NCBI GenBank assembly: GCA_015062545.1
Contig: SUUL01000004.1
Location: forward strand, 5,881-69,880
DNA: 64,000 nt
Source of the DNA: Alphaproteobacteria bacterium
GTDB taxonomy: Bacteria > Pseudomonadota > Alphaproteobacteria > Rs-D84
Direction: 5' to 3'
In this document: positions 19,139 to 29,711 of the stretch, one piece after another
Position numbering within the stretch: position 1 is the first letter of the stretch
How the letters are laid out: every line of letters begins with the position of its first letter
Notes under the pieces: model-generated
Told to the model about the DNA's origin: nothing
The model's input: the letters and a program-made list of their open reading frames with translations, nothing else
Database searches by the model: none
Position numbers and translations under genes: made by a program

Positions 19139-20719
19139 ATGAATTTTTTTTCGCATAATAAGTTGGATTATGATGTTATCAAAAGATCAAAGTATTTTAA
19201 TAAAAAGTGGTATTTAGAGACGTATCCTGATGTTTTGAAATCTGGAATGAATCCGATAGATCATTATTTGAAGAAAGGCTGGAAAGAAAAACATAATCCA
19301 TCAGAAAGTTTTGATGGAAATGCGTATTTGAAAGAAAATATGGATGTAAAAAATGCGAAGATGAATCCGTTGTTGCACTATGAAAGATATGGTCGCTATG
19401 AAGGACGCAGAGGTGGTATAAAAATAAAACAAAAAGTGACTTATAATGTGAATGTAATAAAAAAAATTGCGCATTATTTTAATAAAAATTTTGCTAAGTT
19501 GCTTTATCGTAATGTTATTAAACAGAACAAAAATAAACGTGTTTTAGTGGTTTTGCATTTGTTTTATATGGAATCTTGGAACGCAATAAAATTGTATTTG
19601 GATAATCTAAAAGCTTATGATTATGATTTGGTTGTGACCTATGTTAGGGGATGTTATGATAAGAGGGTTTTGTCAAAAATAAAAGAATTTAATAAAAATG
19701 TGAAGATGTATATGTATCCGAACAGAGGGTTCGATATAGGGCCTTTTTTAGATGTGTTACAGAAAATCAATCTTGCTGATTATGATATAGTCTTTAAACT
19801 GCATAGTAAGGGGATTTATAGAAAACAAATATATATTTATAACCAAATTTTTAAAAATAAAGATTGGTTCTATAACTTATACAATGGTATTTTGGGTGAA
19901 TTTTCTGTCCATAAAGTGATGAAAGCTTTTTCAAACAATAAAAATATTGGCGTGGTGGCAAGTAAAAATTTAATTGTTTGTGATCCAAAGCATAAACAGA
20001 ATCTGACACAAGAAATTGCAGAGAAATATAAAATCAAGCTACATAAGAATTATAGATATGTCGCAGGTAGTTGTTTTGCGATAAGGGCAGAGGGGTTGGA
20101 AAAAATAAAAAAACAAAATTTAACAATAAAGAATTTTTCATGTACGAAGCGTGGTATTTTTTCATTGGCGCATGCTATGGAAAGAATAATTTGTGCTATG
20201 ATAGAAAAACAAGGAAATATAATTTACGGCCTTAAAGTACCTCATCCAATATATAAAAGCGAGCTTGAAATAGCACAAAAAACATCATCGTTGCGATTGT
20301 TGGATGATAGAAGATTTGTATTGGATGATGAATTTTTTTATCGAGGTTTGGAGGGGAAAAAAATTCGAAATTATTATGTGAAGAGAATAGCGCTTGGGGA
20401 TATAAATCGTAGCTGGAAAGGAAAGATATTTAAATTGCATGAATGTGCACCATATATTTATTTGAAGGGTAATTCGCAGGCTTACAATAGATATTGTAAA
20501 GAAAATAAAAGAATGTTTAATATTGAAATGTCACAGCATCGTTTTGATTGTTTGGTGTCTTGTATAGAATCCAAAGGATTTAATGCCAAAAGCATGCCGG
20601 TTATCAACGCAGCAGATAATGTTATTATGGATGGACAACACCGAAGCTGTTATTTGTTAAGTAAGTTTGGCACAGAGCATAAAGTACGGGCTTTGTTTAT
20701 TGAGTTTGTAAAAGGTTAA
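19139..20719 (+). CDS. rhamnan synthesis F (RgpF)-like protein with N-terminal repeats and C-terminal ParB/Srx-like motif
   Basis: two F..xxYL...DV...NP.xHY...G repeats; HLFY, NRGFDIGPF, KLHSKG, AHAMER (RgpF); MDGQHR; visibly AT-richer than neighbours. Confidence 0.75.
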   Translation: MNFFSHNKLDYDVIKRSKYFNKKWYLETYPDVLKSGMNPIDHYLKKGWKEKHNPSESFDGNAYLKENMDVKNAKMNPLLHYERYGRYEGRRGGIKIKQKVTYNVNVIKKIAHYFNKNFAKLLYRNVIKQNKNKRVLVVLHLFYMESWNAIKLYLDNLKAYDYDLVVTYVRGCYDKRVLSKIKEFNKNVKMYMYPNRGFDIGPFLDVLQKINLADYDIVFKLHSKGIYRKQIYIYNQIFKNKDWFYNLYNGILGEFSVHKVMKAFSNNKNIGVVASKNLIVCDPKHKQNLTQEIAEKYKIKLHKNYRYVAGSCFAIRAEGLEKIKKQNLTIKNFSCTKRGIFSLAHAMERIICAMIEKQGNIIYGLKVPHPIYKSELEIAQKTSSLRLLDDRRFVLDDEFFYRGLEGKKIRNYYVKRIALGDINRSWKGKIFKLHECAPYIYLKGNSQAYNRYCKENKRMFNIEMSQHRFDCLVSCIESKGFNAKSMPVINAADNVIMDGQHRSCYLLSKFGTEHKVRALFIEFVKG

Positions 20720-20744
20720 AACACCCCGCAAGGGGTGTTTTTTT
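20718..20744. terminator. bidirectional terminator
   Basis: AAAACACCCC-GCAA-GGGGTGTTTTTTT. Confidence 0.85.
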
Positions 20745-20748
20745 ATGA

Positions 20749-22353
20749 TTACTCTTCAACTTCGTATTCTTCAATTAAAGAACGTTTGACTGTTTCCAGT
20801 TTTGTTGGTTGATATTCTGTACTGGTTATCGTGGTGGTGTCGTCTGTTGATATAATCGCAACAACTTGGGATGGGGTGGCATTAGATTTCTTGGTTATGT
20901 GTGCCCCAATGGTTTTACTGCGATATTTATCAGATAAATGTTCCGGAATACGTATGTAATCATCTGGGTCTATGCCGGGTGTTTCCAGACCAAACGCATC
21001 CGCGCTTTCAATATTGTCTGGGGTCAGGCCGTATATTGGTTTGATAAAGTTTGTTTGGGCAGATTTTATTTCGCGCGGTGTGCCAGACCCGTCCAGTTGT
21101 ACAATGCGTAATGAACGTTCGGATGTGCCGTTGGGCTTTAATCTGAACAGACCGTCTGTGCCCATATAACCACTGGGGTCCAGTAAATAAGCAGCGTTAG
21201 ACTTGTTGGAATATATCATCCCAATCGCCATGTTTGCCGCATCGTATCCAAATGTGGCCAGCCTGTTTGGTTGGGTGCCAGATACTTGTTCGTACAGTGA
21301 TGCAAAATTTTGATTTATATTTGGCAGGGTTGCAAATTTTGCACCAGACATTGTAAAGTCACCAGTAATATCAGAACCATCCCACATTGTTGTACCATAA
21401 AAACGTGCATCGCGTGCGCTGACATCATAATAACGCAAAAATGATGCCAACGATTTTGTGTCATCGCCATTACCCAAGAATAATACTGCGTCGTACGGTA
21501 CGTGACCCAATGTTTCGGTTTTTTCCAGTTTTTCCAGTTGCAGATTCAGACTGGTTTCTTCGGCAGGGGTTAATGTTTCGTTCGTTAATATATCGGACAG
21601 TACTTGGCGTGCGCGCGTGTGTGCCGCCGTGCGCGCAGTATTCATGGCCGCCGTGCGTGCAGCGTCCTTGATAGATTCAGAATCATGTTCTGTATAATAG
21701 AATATACCAACCAATGGTAATTCATAATTTTCGGCAACTTGTTTGGCGGCACCGCTCATCATACGGCCAGAAGGTGTGTTTGGAGCCAATATAATAAATT
21801 GTTTTACTTCATCAGATGTCATTTCACGAATAATTGCTTCGATACTGTTTGTGGGCATCAGGGCCATTGTCATTATGCCGTTACCAACAGCAGATGCATC
21901 AGATGTAAATGATATAACAGGTAATTCTGTTGGCTTGGATTCGCGAAGGGTGCGAACGTTGTCCGAAAATACAGGGCCAATAATAATGTCGCTGTCTGTG
22001 GCTAGAATTGATTTTATTGTGTCAGGTAAATTCACACTGGAATCATAAAAAGATACGGATAGATTTTGTGGTGCGCTTTGTAAGACCGCTGTCTCAATAG
22101 ATGTGCGGATTGTTTGCCCAATCGTGGCATTGTCGCCAGACAGGGGTAACAGTACCGCCATATTATGCGCGTCACCAGATGCATCAGACGTGCCATATCC
22201 ATCAGATGGGCGGCCGTATTGCATGTGGCGTGGGGTTCCTGTAATCATTGTGTCGTAATCTGCAAACCAATCGGTGCCTGTGTCTGTAATGCCAGAACAT
22301 CCCGCCAAGGTAAGTATTGCTGTGATATATCCAAAAATTCTGTTTATATACAT
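20749..22353 (-). CDS. penicillin-binding protein activator (LpoA/LppC-like lipoprotein)
   Basis: lipobox LAGC; AVLLPLSG, IIGPVFS, FGYDAA, GTDGLFRL; divergent from rsmI as is usual. Confidence 0.8.
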   Translation of the reverse strand: MYINRIFGYITAILTLAGCSGITDTGTDWFADYDTMITGTPRHMQYGRPSDGYGTSDASGDAHNMAVLLPLSGDNATIGQTIRTSIETAVLQSAPQNLSVSFYDSSVNLPDTIKSILATDSDIIIGPVFSDNVRTLRESKPTELPVISFTSDASAVGNGIMTMALMPTNSIEAIIREMTSDEVKQFIILAPNTPSGRMMSGAAKQVAENYELPLVGIFYYTEHDSESIKDAARTAAMNTARTAAHTRARQVLSDILTNETLTPAEETSLNLQLEKLEKTETLGHVPYDAVLFLGNGDDTKSLASFLRYYDVSARDARFYGTTMWDGSDITGDFTMSGAKFATLPNINQNFASLYEQVSGTQPNRLATFGYDAANMAIGMIYSNKSNAAYLLDPSGYMGTDGLFRLKPNGTSERSLRIVQLDGSGTPREIKSAQTNFIKPIYGLTPDNIESADAFGLETPGIDPDDYIRIPEHLSDKYRSKTIGAHITKKSNATPSQVVAIISTDDTTTITSTEYQPTKLETVKRSLIEEYEVEE

Positions 22354-22401
22354 TGAAAAATCCATTTTATTTTGTATCATTTTACTATAAAAGGATTCTA
22401 A

Positions 22402-23202
22402 ATGCAAACAGGCTTGTATATTGTTGGAACACCAATCGGAAATTTGGCTGATATGTCGCCACGCGCGATAGAGGTTTTGCAAAATGTTGACTTGATTGCG
22501 GCGGAAGATACGCGTGTGTTTGGCAAGTTGGCATCGCATTTTAATATTAAAACAAAGCGTATTTCATGTCATGAGCATAATGAACGTGAGGTTGTCCCAA
22601 GTATAATTGAAAAAATTCAATCCGGTATGGCGATTGCGTGTGTCAGTGATGCAGGTATGCCGGGGGTGTCTGACCCGGGGTTTCGTTTGGTACGCGCTGC
22701 GCGCAGTGCAGGGGTGCCGGTATTTGTTGTGCCAGGGCCAGTGGCGGCAATAAGTGCGCTGGTGTTATCTGGCTTTCCAACAGACAGGTTTACATTCTGT
22801 GGGTTCTTTGATGAAAAGAAATTGCGTGATGACAATAAAATTCCACATACGATTATTTATTATGAAAGTCCAAATCGTATTATGGCGACAGTCGCAGCAA
22901 TGGCGCGTGTCATGCCAGAAAGAAAAATTGCCATTGTGCGTGAAATTACAAAAATTCATGAAGAAGCAATTATTGGTTATCCTGCAGAATTATTATCTAT
23001 GACACCACCACGTGGGGAAATCGTTATTGTCGTTGCACCACGACCAGAGATAAAAATGTCCGATGCAGAAATTAGTTCTATTGTAAATGAAATTGCGGCA
23101 ACTTCGATGAAGGGGGCTGCGGCAGAATTGGCGGCACGCAGTGGTATTTCCAAGAAAGAAGCATATAAACGCTTGTTGGAACAAGGGGGCGGAAATGATT
23201 AA
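22402..23202 (+). CDS. rsmI: 16S rRNA C1402 2'-O-methyltransferase
   Basis: LYIVGTPIGNL, AAEDTR, SDAGMPGVSDPG, YESPNR, REITKIHEE. Confidence 0.96.
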   Translation: MQTGLYIVGTPIGNLADMSPRAIEVLQNVDLIAAEDTRVFGKLASHFNIKTKRISCHEHNEREVVPSIIEKIQSGMAIACVSDAGMPGVSDPGFRLVRAARSAGVPVFVVPGPVAAISALVLSGFPTDRFTFCGFFDEKKLRDDNKIPHTIIYYESPNRIMATVAAMARVMPERKIAIVREITKIHEEAIIGYPAELLSMTPPRGEIVIVVAPRPEIKMSDAEISSIVNEIAATSMKGAAAELAARSGISKKEAYKRLLEQGGGND

Positions 23203-23749
23203 ATTTGTGGGCAGTTTTGAGACGGTAAAATCTTTGCCAAATTCTCATTTCGCAGAGTATGCCTTTATTGGGCGCAGTAATGTAGGAAAATCATCGTTGA
23301 TAAATGCGATTGTCGGGCAACCGATTGCGCGTACTTCTAATACTCCAGGACGTACGCAAAGTCTGAATCTGTTTAATTTAGATGACAGGGTGATGATTGT
23401 TGATTTGCCAGGTTATGGTTATGCAAAAGTTTCCAAGGTGGATGCAATGCGGTGGCTGAAACGATTAGAGGAATACTTGTTGTCGAGGCAGCAATTAAAA
23501 AGGTTATTTATTTTGATTGATTCGCGCATAGGTGCCAAGGATGCGGACTTGGATTTGATGGATTTTTGCGATGCAAATGCAATCCCTTATCAGATTGTTT
23601 ATACCAAAAAAGATAAAAAAGTGCGCGAAGCAAAACAGTTGGAAATACTGCATACAGACCATGGCGCAATGGTGCCAGAAATACTGCAGACATCCGCAGA
23701 AAAGAAAACTGGATTGGAATCAATAAGGACAACCCTTGGTATCAAATAA
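23195..23749 (+). CDS. engB: ribosome biogenesis GTPase YihA/YsxC
   Basis: GRSNVGKSSLIN, SNTPGRT, VDLPGYGYA, TKKDK. Confidence 0.95.
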   Translation: MIKFVGSFETVKSLPNSHFAEYAFIGRSNVGKSSLINAIVGQPIARTSNTPGRTQSLNLFNLDDRVMIVDLPGYGYAKVSKVDAMRWLKRLEEYLLSRQQLKRLFILIDSRIGAKDADLDLMDFCDANAIPYQIVYTKKDKKVREAKQLEILHTDHGAMVPEILQTSAEKKTGLESIRTTLGIK

Positions 23750-26231
23750 AAATATTTTTTGTGCAACAAATCCTGCCAAGATGGGAGAGGCTTTGTGGCA
23801 ATTATTGTCAAAAAGCGGTGTTGACTTGCGCGATATGTTGATTTTCTTGCCCAGCAGACGTGCCGTCAGAACAGTTGAAAAAATGATTGCAGACAAGTCT
23901 GGTGGTGTGGTGATTTTGCCAACATTGGTTGCATTGGGCGAAGGGGTAGAAGATATAGAAGAAATTGCAGATGAGCCGGATATAATTTCCAATGTAGAAC
24001 GTGTGGTTGTCTTGGCCAAGTTGTTGGCAGCAGACAGTAGTATTGGGAATTTAACAACCGCATTGTCTGTGGCGCATGATTTAGTGCGTATGCAGGACTA
24101 TTTGGAAAACGAAGGAATAGATGCGGCGGATATAGATTGGGAATCTGTTGTTGATGAAAAATATGCCGCGCATTTTCAATCCAAGGCAAAAATATTAAAT
24201 ATATTGTCTTCTTTTATGCCGATGTATGCAAATGGGCGCATTACACAGACTGCGGCACGCAATCGCGATATTCGTGCGTGGATTAATAAATTACATGAAT
24301 ATAAATTAGTTGTGGTTTGTGGTTCAACAGCCAGTGTGCCTGCAACATCAGATTTAATGGTGGCGGTGGCGGGTATTGCGCATGGACGAATAATATTGTC
24401 TGGTAAAATTGCAGGACGGCAAGATGATTTTGGATTAAATACAAATCCGTATAATGCGGAATATAAATTCTTGGGACGTTTGAATTTGTCCGCGGACGAT
24501 GTGCAACAAATTGATGTTGGTGGGTCGGTAATTGATTTTATGAATGTTGCGTTTGGAAATGGTATAACACCAGATGATTTTGATAATGATTTATCAAATT
24601 GCCATTTAGTTGTTGCACCAAATGAAGCGGTCGAGGCGGCTGCGGTTGCAGAAATTGCAGCGCAATCGGTTGCACAAAATAAGTCAGTATTGGTAATAAC
24701 ACCAGATGCGGCGGGTAACCAACGTATTGCATCTGCGTTTGCGGCGCGTGGATTGATGGCGGACTTTTCGGGCGGAATGTCTGGCGGTATGACAAGTGCA
24801 GGGCGCGCAATATTGAATTTATTTGATGCGTGGATAGAAAAGGGGGCAGGAGAATTTGATAAATTATATACAGAATCTGAATTTGATTTGTTTGATACTG
24901 TGGCACAAATGGTTGAAAAATATTTGCCACAATTTACACCACAATTTATACCTGACGAATATACACAAATTTGGATAGCAATAAAGGAAATGTCTGATGC
25001 GTGTCGTGTGGCAGATGTCAGATTAAATTTGGCAGATGCGCGCGCATTTATTGCAGATGCTTTTGCCGGTGTCAGTGTGCGTGGTGTAATGCCAGAAGGG
25101 GCAAAGATAGTTGTGCTGGGAACAATAGAATCACGTATGCAGACTGCAGATGTTGTAATATTGACCGGTTTGAACGAAGGGATGTTTCCGGCGCGTGGGT
25201 ATGAAAACGCATGGTTGCCAAGAAAAGTTGCAGAAAAAATCGGTTTGCCGTCAGGGGATAGGAAGGTGTCTTTGCAGGCATTGGACTTTATGAATTTGTC
25301 GTGTGGCACAGATGTTTATTGGGTACGGTCCGCTGTGTCCGGTGGGGTGCAGACAACTGAATCCAGATTCTTGTCGCGTGTGATTGTGCGTGGTGCAAGG
25401 TTTGATGAAAATACAGATGTGGTAAAGTTGGTTGCACAGCAAGATGATGTGCCTTTTGCACCACTTGATTATTCCGCGCCAATGCCGCCCGCAGATTGGA
25501 GTGATGTGTATGTTACAGAATTGGAACATTTGATTCATAATCCGTATTCTTTTTATGTAAAACATATTTTGCGATTGAAGGTTTTGGATGATTATTGGGC
25601 GATGCCAGATGCGCGTACGTTTGGAAATTTGGTACATGATGTAATTGAACATGCAACAGACTTGCGCGAAGATGTGCTGGTGGCGCAGATGGATGCCAAG
25701 GCGTTAGAGGTTTTAGGACGTGGTAATATCATATTCCATTTTTGGCATAAAAGATTTTGTGAAATCGCACCTGTAATTGTGAAAGAGTTATCAGGGGCAG
25801 GGCAGGCATATTTAGAAATTGCAGGCAAGGTAAAAATCGCAGGGCGTAATGTGCGTGCGCGCGCAGACAGAATTTGGGACGGGGGGGTGATGGATTTTAA
25901 GACAGGGGCTGCGCCGACCAGGTCACAGTTGGAACAGGGAAATATGCCACAATTACCGTTAGAGGCGTTCATTTTGCAACAGGGTGGTTTCCCAATTCGT
26001 ATCAGTTCATTATCAAAAACACCGATTATGAAGTTTTTGCAACTGAAGAATAATGATGTTCGTGTGATTGAATATGATGCAAATACGACCCAAGATTTAA
26101 TACGTGTTGCCGTGGACAAAGTGACAGAGTTATTTAATATTTATTCCGCGGGTGGGGCGGCATACGAATATCATGAAACAGGTGATCAGAAATATAAGCA
26201 GTATGATGATTTAGCCAGAATTAAAGATTGA
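23736..26231 (+). CDS. addB: double-strand break repair protein AddB
   Basis: FLPSRRA, GSTASVPAT, GLNEGMFP, NPYSFY...LRL, RADRI..DFKTG, PQLPLEA. Confidence 0.85.
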   Translation: MVSNKNIFCATNPAKMGEALWQLLSKSGVDLRDMLIFLPSRRAVRTVEKMIADKSGGVVILPTLVALGEGVEDIEEIADEPDIISNVERVVVLAKLLAADSSIGNLTTALSVAHDLVRMQDYLENEGIDAADIDWESVVDEKYAAHFQSKAKILNILSSFMPMYANGRITQTAARNRDIRAWINKLHEYKLVVVCGSTASVPATSDLMVAVAGIAHGRIILSGKIAGRQDDFGLNTNPYNAEYKFLGRLNLSADDVQQIDVGGSVIDFMNVAFGNGITPDDFDNDLSNCHLVVAPNEAVEAAAVAEIAAQSVAQNKSVLVITPDAAGNQRIASAFAARGLMADFSGGMSGGMTSAGRAILNLFDAWIEKGAGEFDKLYTESEFDLFDTVAQMVEKYLPQFTPQFIPDEYTQIWIAIKEMSDACRVADVRLNLADARAFIADAFAGVSVRGVMPEGAKIVVLGTIESRMQTADVVILTGLNEGMFPARGYENAWLPRKVAEKIGLPSGDRKVSLQALDFMNLSCGTDVYWVRSAVSGGVQTTESRFLSRVIVRGARFDENTDVVKLVAQQDDVPFAPLDYSAPMPPADWSDVYVTELEHLIHNPYSFYVKHILRLKVLDDYWAMPDARTFGNLVHDVIEHATDLREDVLVAQMDAKALEVLGRGNIIFHFWHKRFCEIAPVIVKELSGAGQAYLEIAGKVKIAGRNVRARADRIWDGGVMDFKTGAAPTRSQLEQGNMPQLPLEAFILQQGGFPIRISSLSKTPIMKFLQLKNNDVRVIEYDANTTQDLIRVAVDKVTELFNIYSAGGAAYEYHETGDQKYKQYDDLARIKD

Positions 26232-26232
26232 T

Positions 26233-26262
26233 AAAAATCCCACCGTTTGGTGGGATTTTTTT
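26233..26262. terminator. bidirectional terminator
   Basis: AAAAATCCCACC-GTTT-GGTGGGATTTTTTT. Confidence 0.85.
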
Positions 26263-27841
26263 ATTCGTGACGATCTGGGTATTTGCCATCAATCAAGTTT
26301 TTACGCACAACGTGATGTTTAACCTTTTGTGTGCTGGTTAATGGCAAGTCTTCTGTTGTCATTGCATAGTGGGTTACCCATTTATAACTGGCAACCTTTT
26401 TGTTGGCCGCGGCAATGTGTTCGCCCAGTTTTTCAAGGGTCATGCCGTCTTCTACGCTGAATACACCGTATGTAACAGTTTTGCCTTTGACCGTGTGTTC
26501 AAATACTGCAACGTTTTTAACACCGGGGATTGTGATAAACATGCCTTCCAATTCGTCTGGATAAACGTTTTTACCACTGTCTAAAACGATAACTTGTTTT
26601 TTACGGCCTGCAAAATGCAATTCACCGTTTTTATCCATGGATACCATGTCACCAGTATTAAAGAAACCGCGTTCGTCAAAGATTTCTTTGTTGGCTTCTT
26701 CGTTGTTCAAGTAACCACCAAATACCTGATGACCGCGCAACCATAATACGCCAACACCGTCTTCGTTTTTATCACGAATTTCACATTCGTTATTCAATGT
26801 TGGACCGCCAAATGCAAATGGAAAACGTTTCTTGGTTGGTTTGGAAATACAGATTGGGCCAACCGTTTCTGTTAAACCGTATCCTTGGATAAATGTCAGC
26901 CCCAGACGTTCATAGAATGTTTCAACTTCTGGTTTGGTTGCTGCGCCACCTGCGATTAACAAGCGGGCGCGACCGCCAAATACATCCAAGATTGGTTTTT
27001 GTACCTTGCGTACCAATGCGCCAAGGCCGATTTTTTGTAACAATTTACCGCGTCTTAATATGAAAGATACCAACCACCATTTCTTTTGTGCCTTGACGTT
27101 ATCAATGATTTTGTTGCGGAATACTTCCCATAAACGTGGCACAGCAGGTATAACCTGTGGACGGTATTTCTTGAAGTCTGCCATGATTTCTTTTGGGTTG
27201 ACTGTTGGTTGTAACAACACGCCCGCACCAAAGTGGGTGGTTGCCAAAATTTCAACCGCAAATCCAAATACGTGGTACATTGGCAAGAAACCGTATAAGA
27301 TGTCGCCGGCACGAATCCATTCTGCCATTGAATCTAATGAGTTTGTACATTCAACAATGTTAAAGTGGGTCAATGGCACAACCTTTGGTATACCTGTTGA
27401 ACCAGATGTAAATGACATTGTCGCAACATCCAAAGAACCAACAGGTGCAGGTTTCAAGTCTGGGTTAACCTTGCCGTCTTTTTTTGTAATGTCATAGAAT
27501 TTGAATTTATCTGTCTTATATACAAATGACTTTTCTGCACAGACCAATTTACAGTTTGTGGTGGTTGTCATATTGTCGTATTCAAATGGTGTCAGATTTG
27601 TGTCCAGTAATAATACTGTACCGCCCAAGTACCAAATCGCAAATAATGTAATTGGGAATTCTGGAATGTTATGGGATAAAATACCAACAACATCGCCCTT
27701 GGTAACGCCAGCCTTGTCTAATGACGTGGCACGCGCCTTGACCAAGTTTATAAAATCTTTGTATGTAACGCCTTCGCGCACCAAATATAAATTATCTGGC
27801 CATGTTTGCGCAGAGCGTTCAAGTAACTGATACATATTCAT
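26261..27841 (-). CDS. long-chain fatty acid-CoA ligase (AMP-binding)
   Basis: FTSGSTGIPK, QGYGLTE, FNTGD, SGKNVYPDELE. Confidence 0.9.
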   Translation of the reverse strand: MNMYQLLERSAQTWPDNLYLVREGVTYKDFINLVKARATSLDKAGVTKGDVVGILSHNIPEFPITLFAIWYLGGTVLLLDTNLTPFEYDNMTTTTNCKLVCAEKSFVYKTDKFKFYDITKKDGKVNPDLKPAPVGSLDVATMSFTSGSTGIPKVVPLTHFNIVECTNSLDSMAEWIRAGDILYGFLPMYHVFGFAVEILATTHFGAGVLLQPTVNPKEIMADFKKYRPQVIPAVPRLWEVFRNKIIDNVKAQKKWWLVSFILRRGKLLQKIGLGALVRKVQKPILDVFGGRARLLIAGGAATKPEVETFYERLGLTFIQGYGLTETVGPICISKPTKKRFPFAFGGPTLNNECEIRDKNEDGVGVLWLRGHQVFGGYLNNEEANKEIFDERGFFNTGDMVSMDKNGELHFAGRKKQVIVLDSGKNVYPDELEGMFITIPGVKNVAVFEHTVKGKTVTYGVFSVEDGMTLEKLGEHIAAANKKVASYKWVTHYAMTTEDLPLTSTQKVKHHVVRKNLIDGKYPDRHE

Positions 27842-27911
27842 GTTATAAAATTCCTTGTTGTTTTTATATTGGACAATGGATATTATACTCATGAATTAAA
27901 GGAAAGCAAAC

Positions 27912-28682
27912 ATGAAAATTTTGACGTTAAATATCAATTCAATTCGTGCACATATTGAAAGTTTCTTGGAAATACTGCGTAAGGGGGAATATGACACTAT
28001 AATGGTTCAGGAACTGAAAGTGGAAAATGCAAATTTTCCACACATGTTGTTTGATGAGTTTGGATATAACGTCAAAGTGTTCGGACAAAAGTCGTGGAAT
28101 GGTGTTGCGACTTTTTCCAAATATTCAATAGAAGATACAACATTGGGAATACCAAATTATGCCGATGCAAATGCGCGTTTCTTGGAGTGTGTGGTAGATG
28201 GGCGCGTGCGATTGATTAATGTGTATATGCCAAATGGCGATACAGTTACATCACCAAAATTCCCATATAAATTGGAATGGATGCAGGCCTTTACACAACA
28301 TATTGCACAATATCTTAATTCGCCAGAACCTGTGGTTATTGCAGGGGACTTTAATGTCGCGATTGAAGATAGGGATATTTGGAAACCTAAAAATTATGAA
28401 GGTATTGCAATTTCTGCGCCGGCGGCACGTGATATTATGAACGAATGGTTAAATGCTGGGTGGGTTGATGCGTGGCGCATGTTACATCCAGATGATGTGG
28501 ACTATACGTGGTACGGATATCGCGGACGTGATACGGTGGGTAATAAACAAGGATTGCGCTTGGATTATTTTTTGTGCAATAAGGTTGCCGCCCAAATGAT
28601 AAAAAACTGCGAGATTGATTTAGGACCGCGTTTGGCAGATAAACCAACAGACCATTGTGGTTTGATGCTAGAGTTGAAATAA
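27912..28682 (+). CDS. xth: exodeoxyribonuclease III
   Basis: NINSIR, QELK, YMPNG, GDFN, GLRLDY, TDHC. Confidence 0.93.
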   Translation: MKILTLNINSIRAHIESFLEILRKGEYDTIMVQELKVENANFPHMLFDEFGYNVKVFGQKSWNGVATFSKYSIEDTTLGIPNYADANARFLECVVDGRVRLINVYMPNGDTVTSPKFPYKLEWMQAFTQHIAQYLNSPEPVVIAGDFNVAIEDRDIWKPKNYEGIAISAPAARDIMNEWLNAGWVDAWRMLHPDDVDYTWYGYRGRDTVGNKQGLRLDYFLCNKVAAQMIKNCEIDLGPRLADKPTDHCGLMLELK

Positions 28683-28691
28683 TTCGCATTT

Positions 28692-29705
28692 TTATTTTTC
28701 AAATGATGATTTGTCCGGAAAACGTTCCGCCAAAAATTTTGCATTGTTGCGCAGGATGTTTTCGTCCGTATCGCGTGAGTCGTTTATGCAAAATGTGGGC
28801 GCGTTAATAAGTGCGTTATATGACGTTGATACATCTGTACAACATACAGGCGAATTACGAATCCATGGCGCAAATATACAGTTGTAAATAAAATCTGTTA
28901 GTTTATGACGAGATGATTTCCGTGCGCGTGAATGAATATATTTTGCGCGATTGTTTATCAAATCGTACAGGTTAAACATTTGGCGTTGTACTTCGTTGTT
29001 TGTGCGGAACTTGTTGCGAATTTGTTTGTCAATCATACCGGTTATCATTGGGTGATTGCGACATTCAATCCAAGATGACTTTATGTACGGATCAATGCCA
29101 TGTGATGGACGGTATTTATATACGTTTTTGTTGAAGATTTTTTGTATCATGCCTGCGGATAAAATAAGTGTTTGGGTGTATTCATCAACGCGTGCCATCC
29201 ATTGTCCGATGTTTTTTGAACGCTTGGAATGAGTGCTGTACCTGACCAGGGCGCGACCGTGTTTATCATAAAAATAATCTGGGTTCAGGGGACGATTGAA
29301 AAACATGTCGTCATTCATTAACAGAAAGTGTTCGGATAATTCGGCGATGTTTGGTATGCACATTTCAATAGCCGTTGCGTTAAAAGTAGGCAACGCATCA
29401 GATGGTATAATTTGTTCGTGTGGAATAATTGTAATTTTTGGATGTGCGGTATTCAGCCAACGTGGTACCTGGTTAAATCCGGTGATTATATAAATATGAT
29501 TAACCCAAGGGGCAAATTTTTCCACACTGCGCAAGGAATATAAAAATTCGCCATTGTCACGCCAGCGTGCATCAATCGCCGCATCGGCGTACACAGGCTT
29601 TTCACCGCGAATGATTTTTAACCATTTGTCTTTTTGTGCGCGCCATTTCTGGTCGGTGTCGTCAACCCATAAATATACAATGTCTATTTTATCAATCGGT
29701 TTCAT
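28692..29705 (-). CDS. Stealth-family sugar-phosphate transferase
   Basis: IDIVYLWVD (CR1), YSLRSVEKFAPWV, LPTFN..AIE, LMNDDMF (CR2), FCIND...FPDKSSFE (CR4). Confidence 0.9.
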   Translation of the reverse strand: MKPIDKIDIVYLWVDDTDQKWRAQKDKWLKIIRGEKPVYADAAIDARWRDNGEFLYSLRSVEKFAPWVNHIYIITGFNQVPRWLNTAHPKITIIPHEQIIPSDALPTFNATAIEMCIPNIAELSEHFLLMNDDMFFNRPLNPDYFYDKHGRALVRYSTHSKRSKNIGQWMARVDEYTQTLILSAGMIQKIFNKNVYKYRPSHGIDPYIKSSWIECRNHPMITGMIDKQIRNKFRTNNEVQRQMFNLYDLINNRAKYIHSRARKSSRHKLTDFIYNCIFAPWIRNSPVCCTDVSTSYNALINAPTFCINDSRDTDENILRNNAKFLAERFPDKSSFEK

Positions 29706-29711
29706 GTGATA

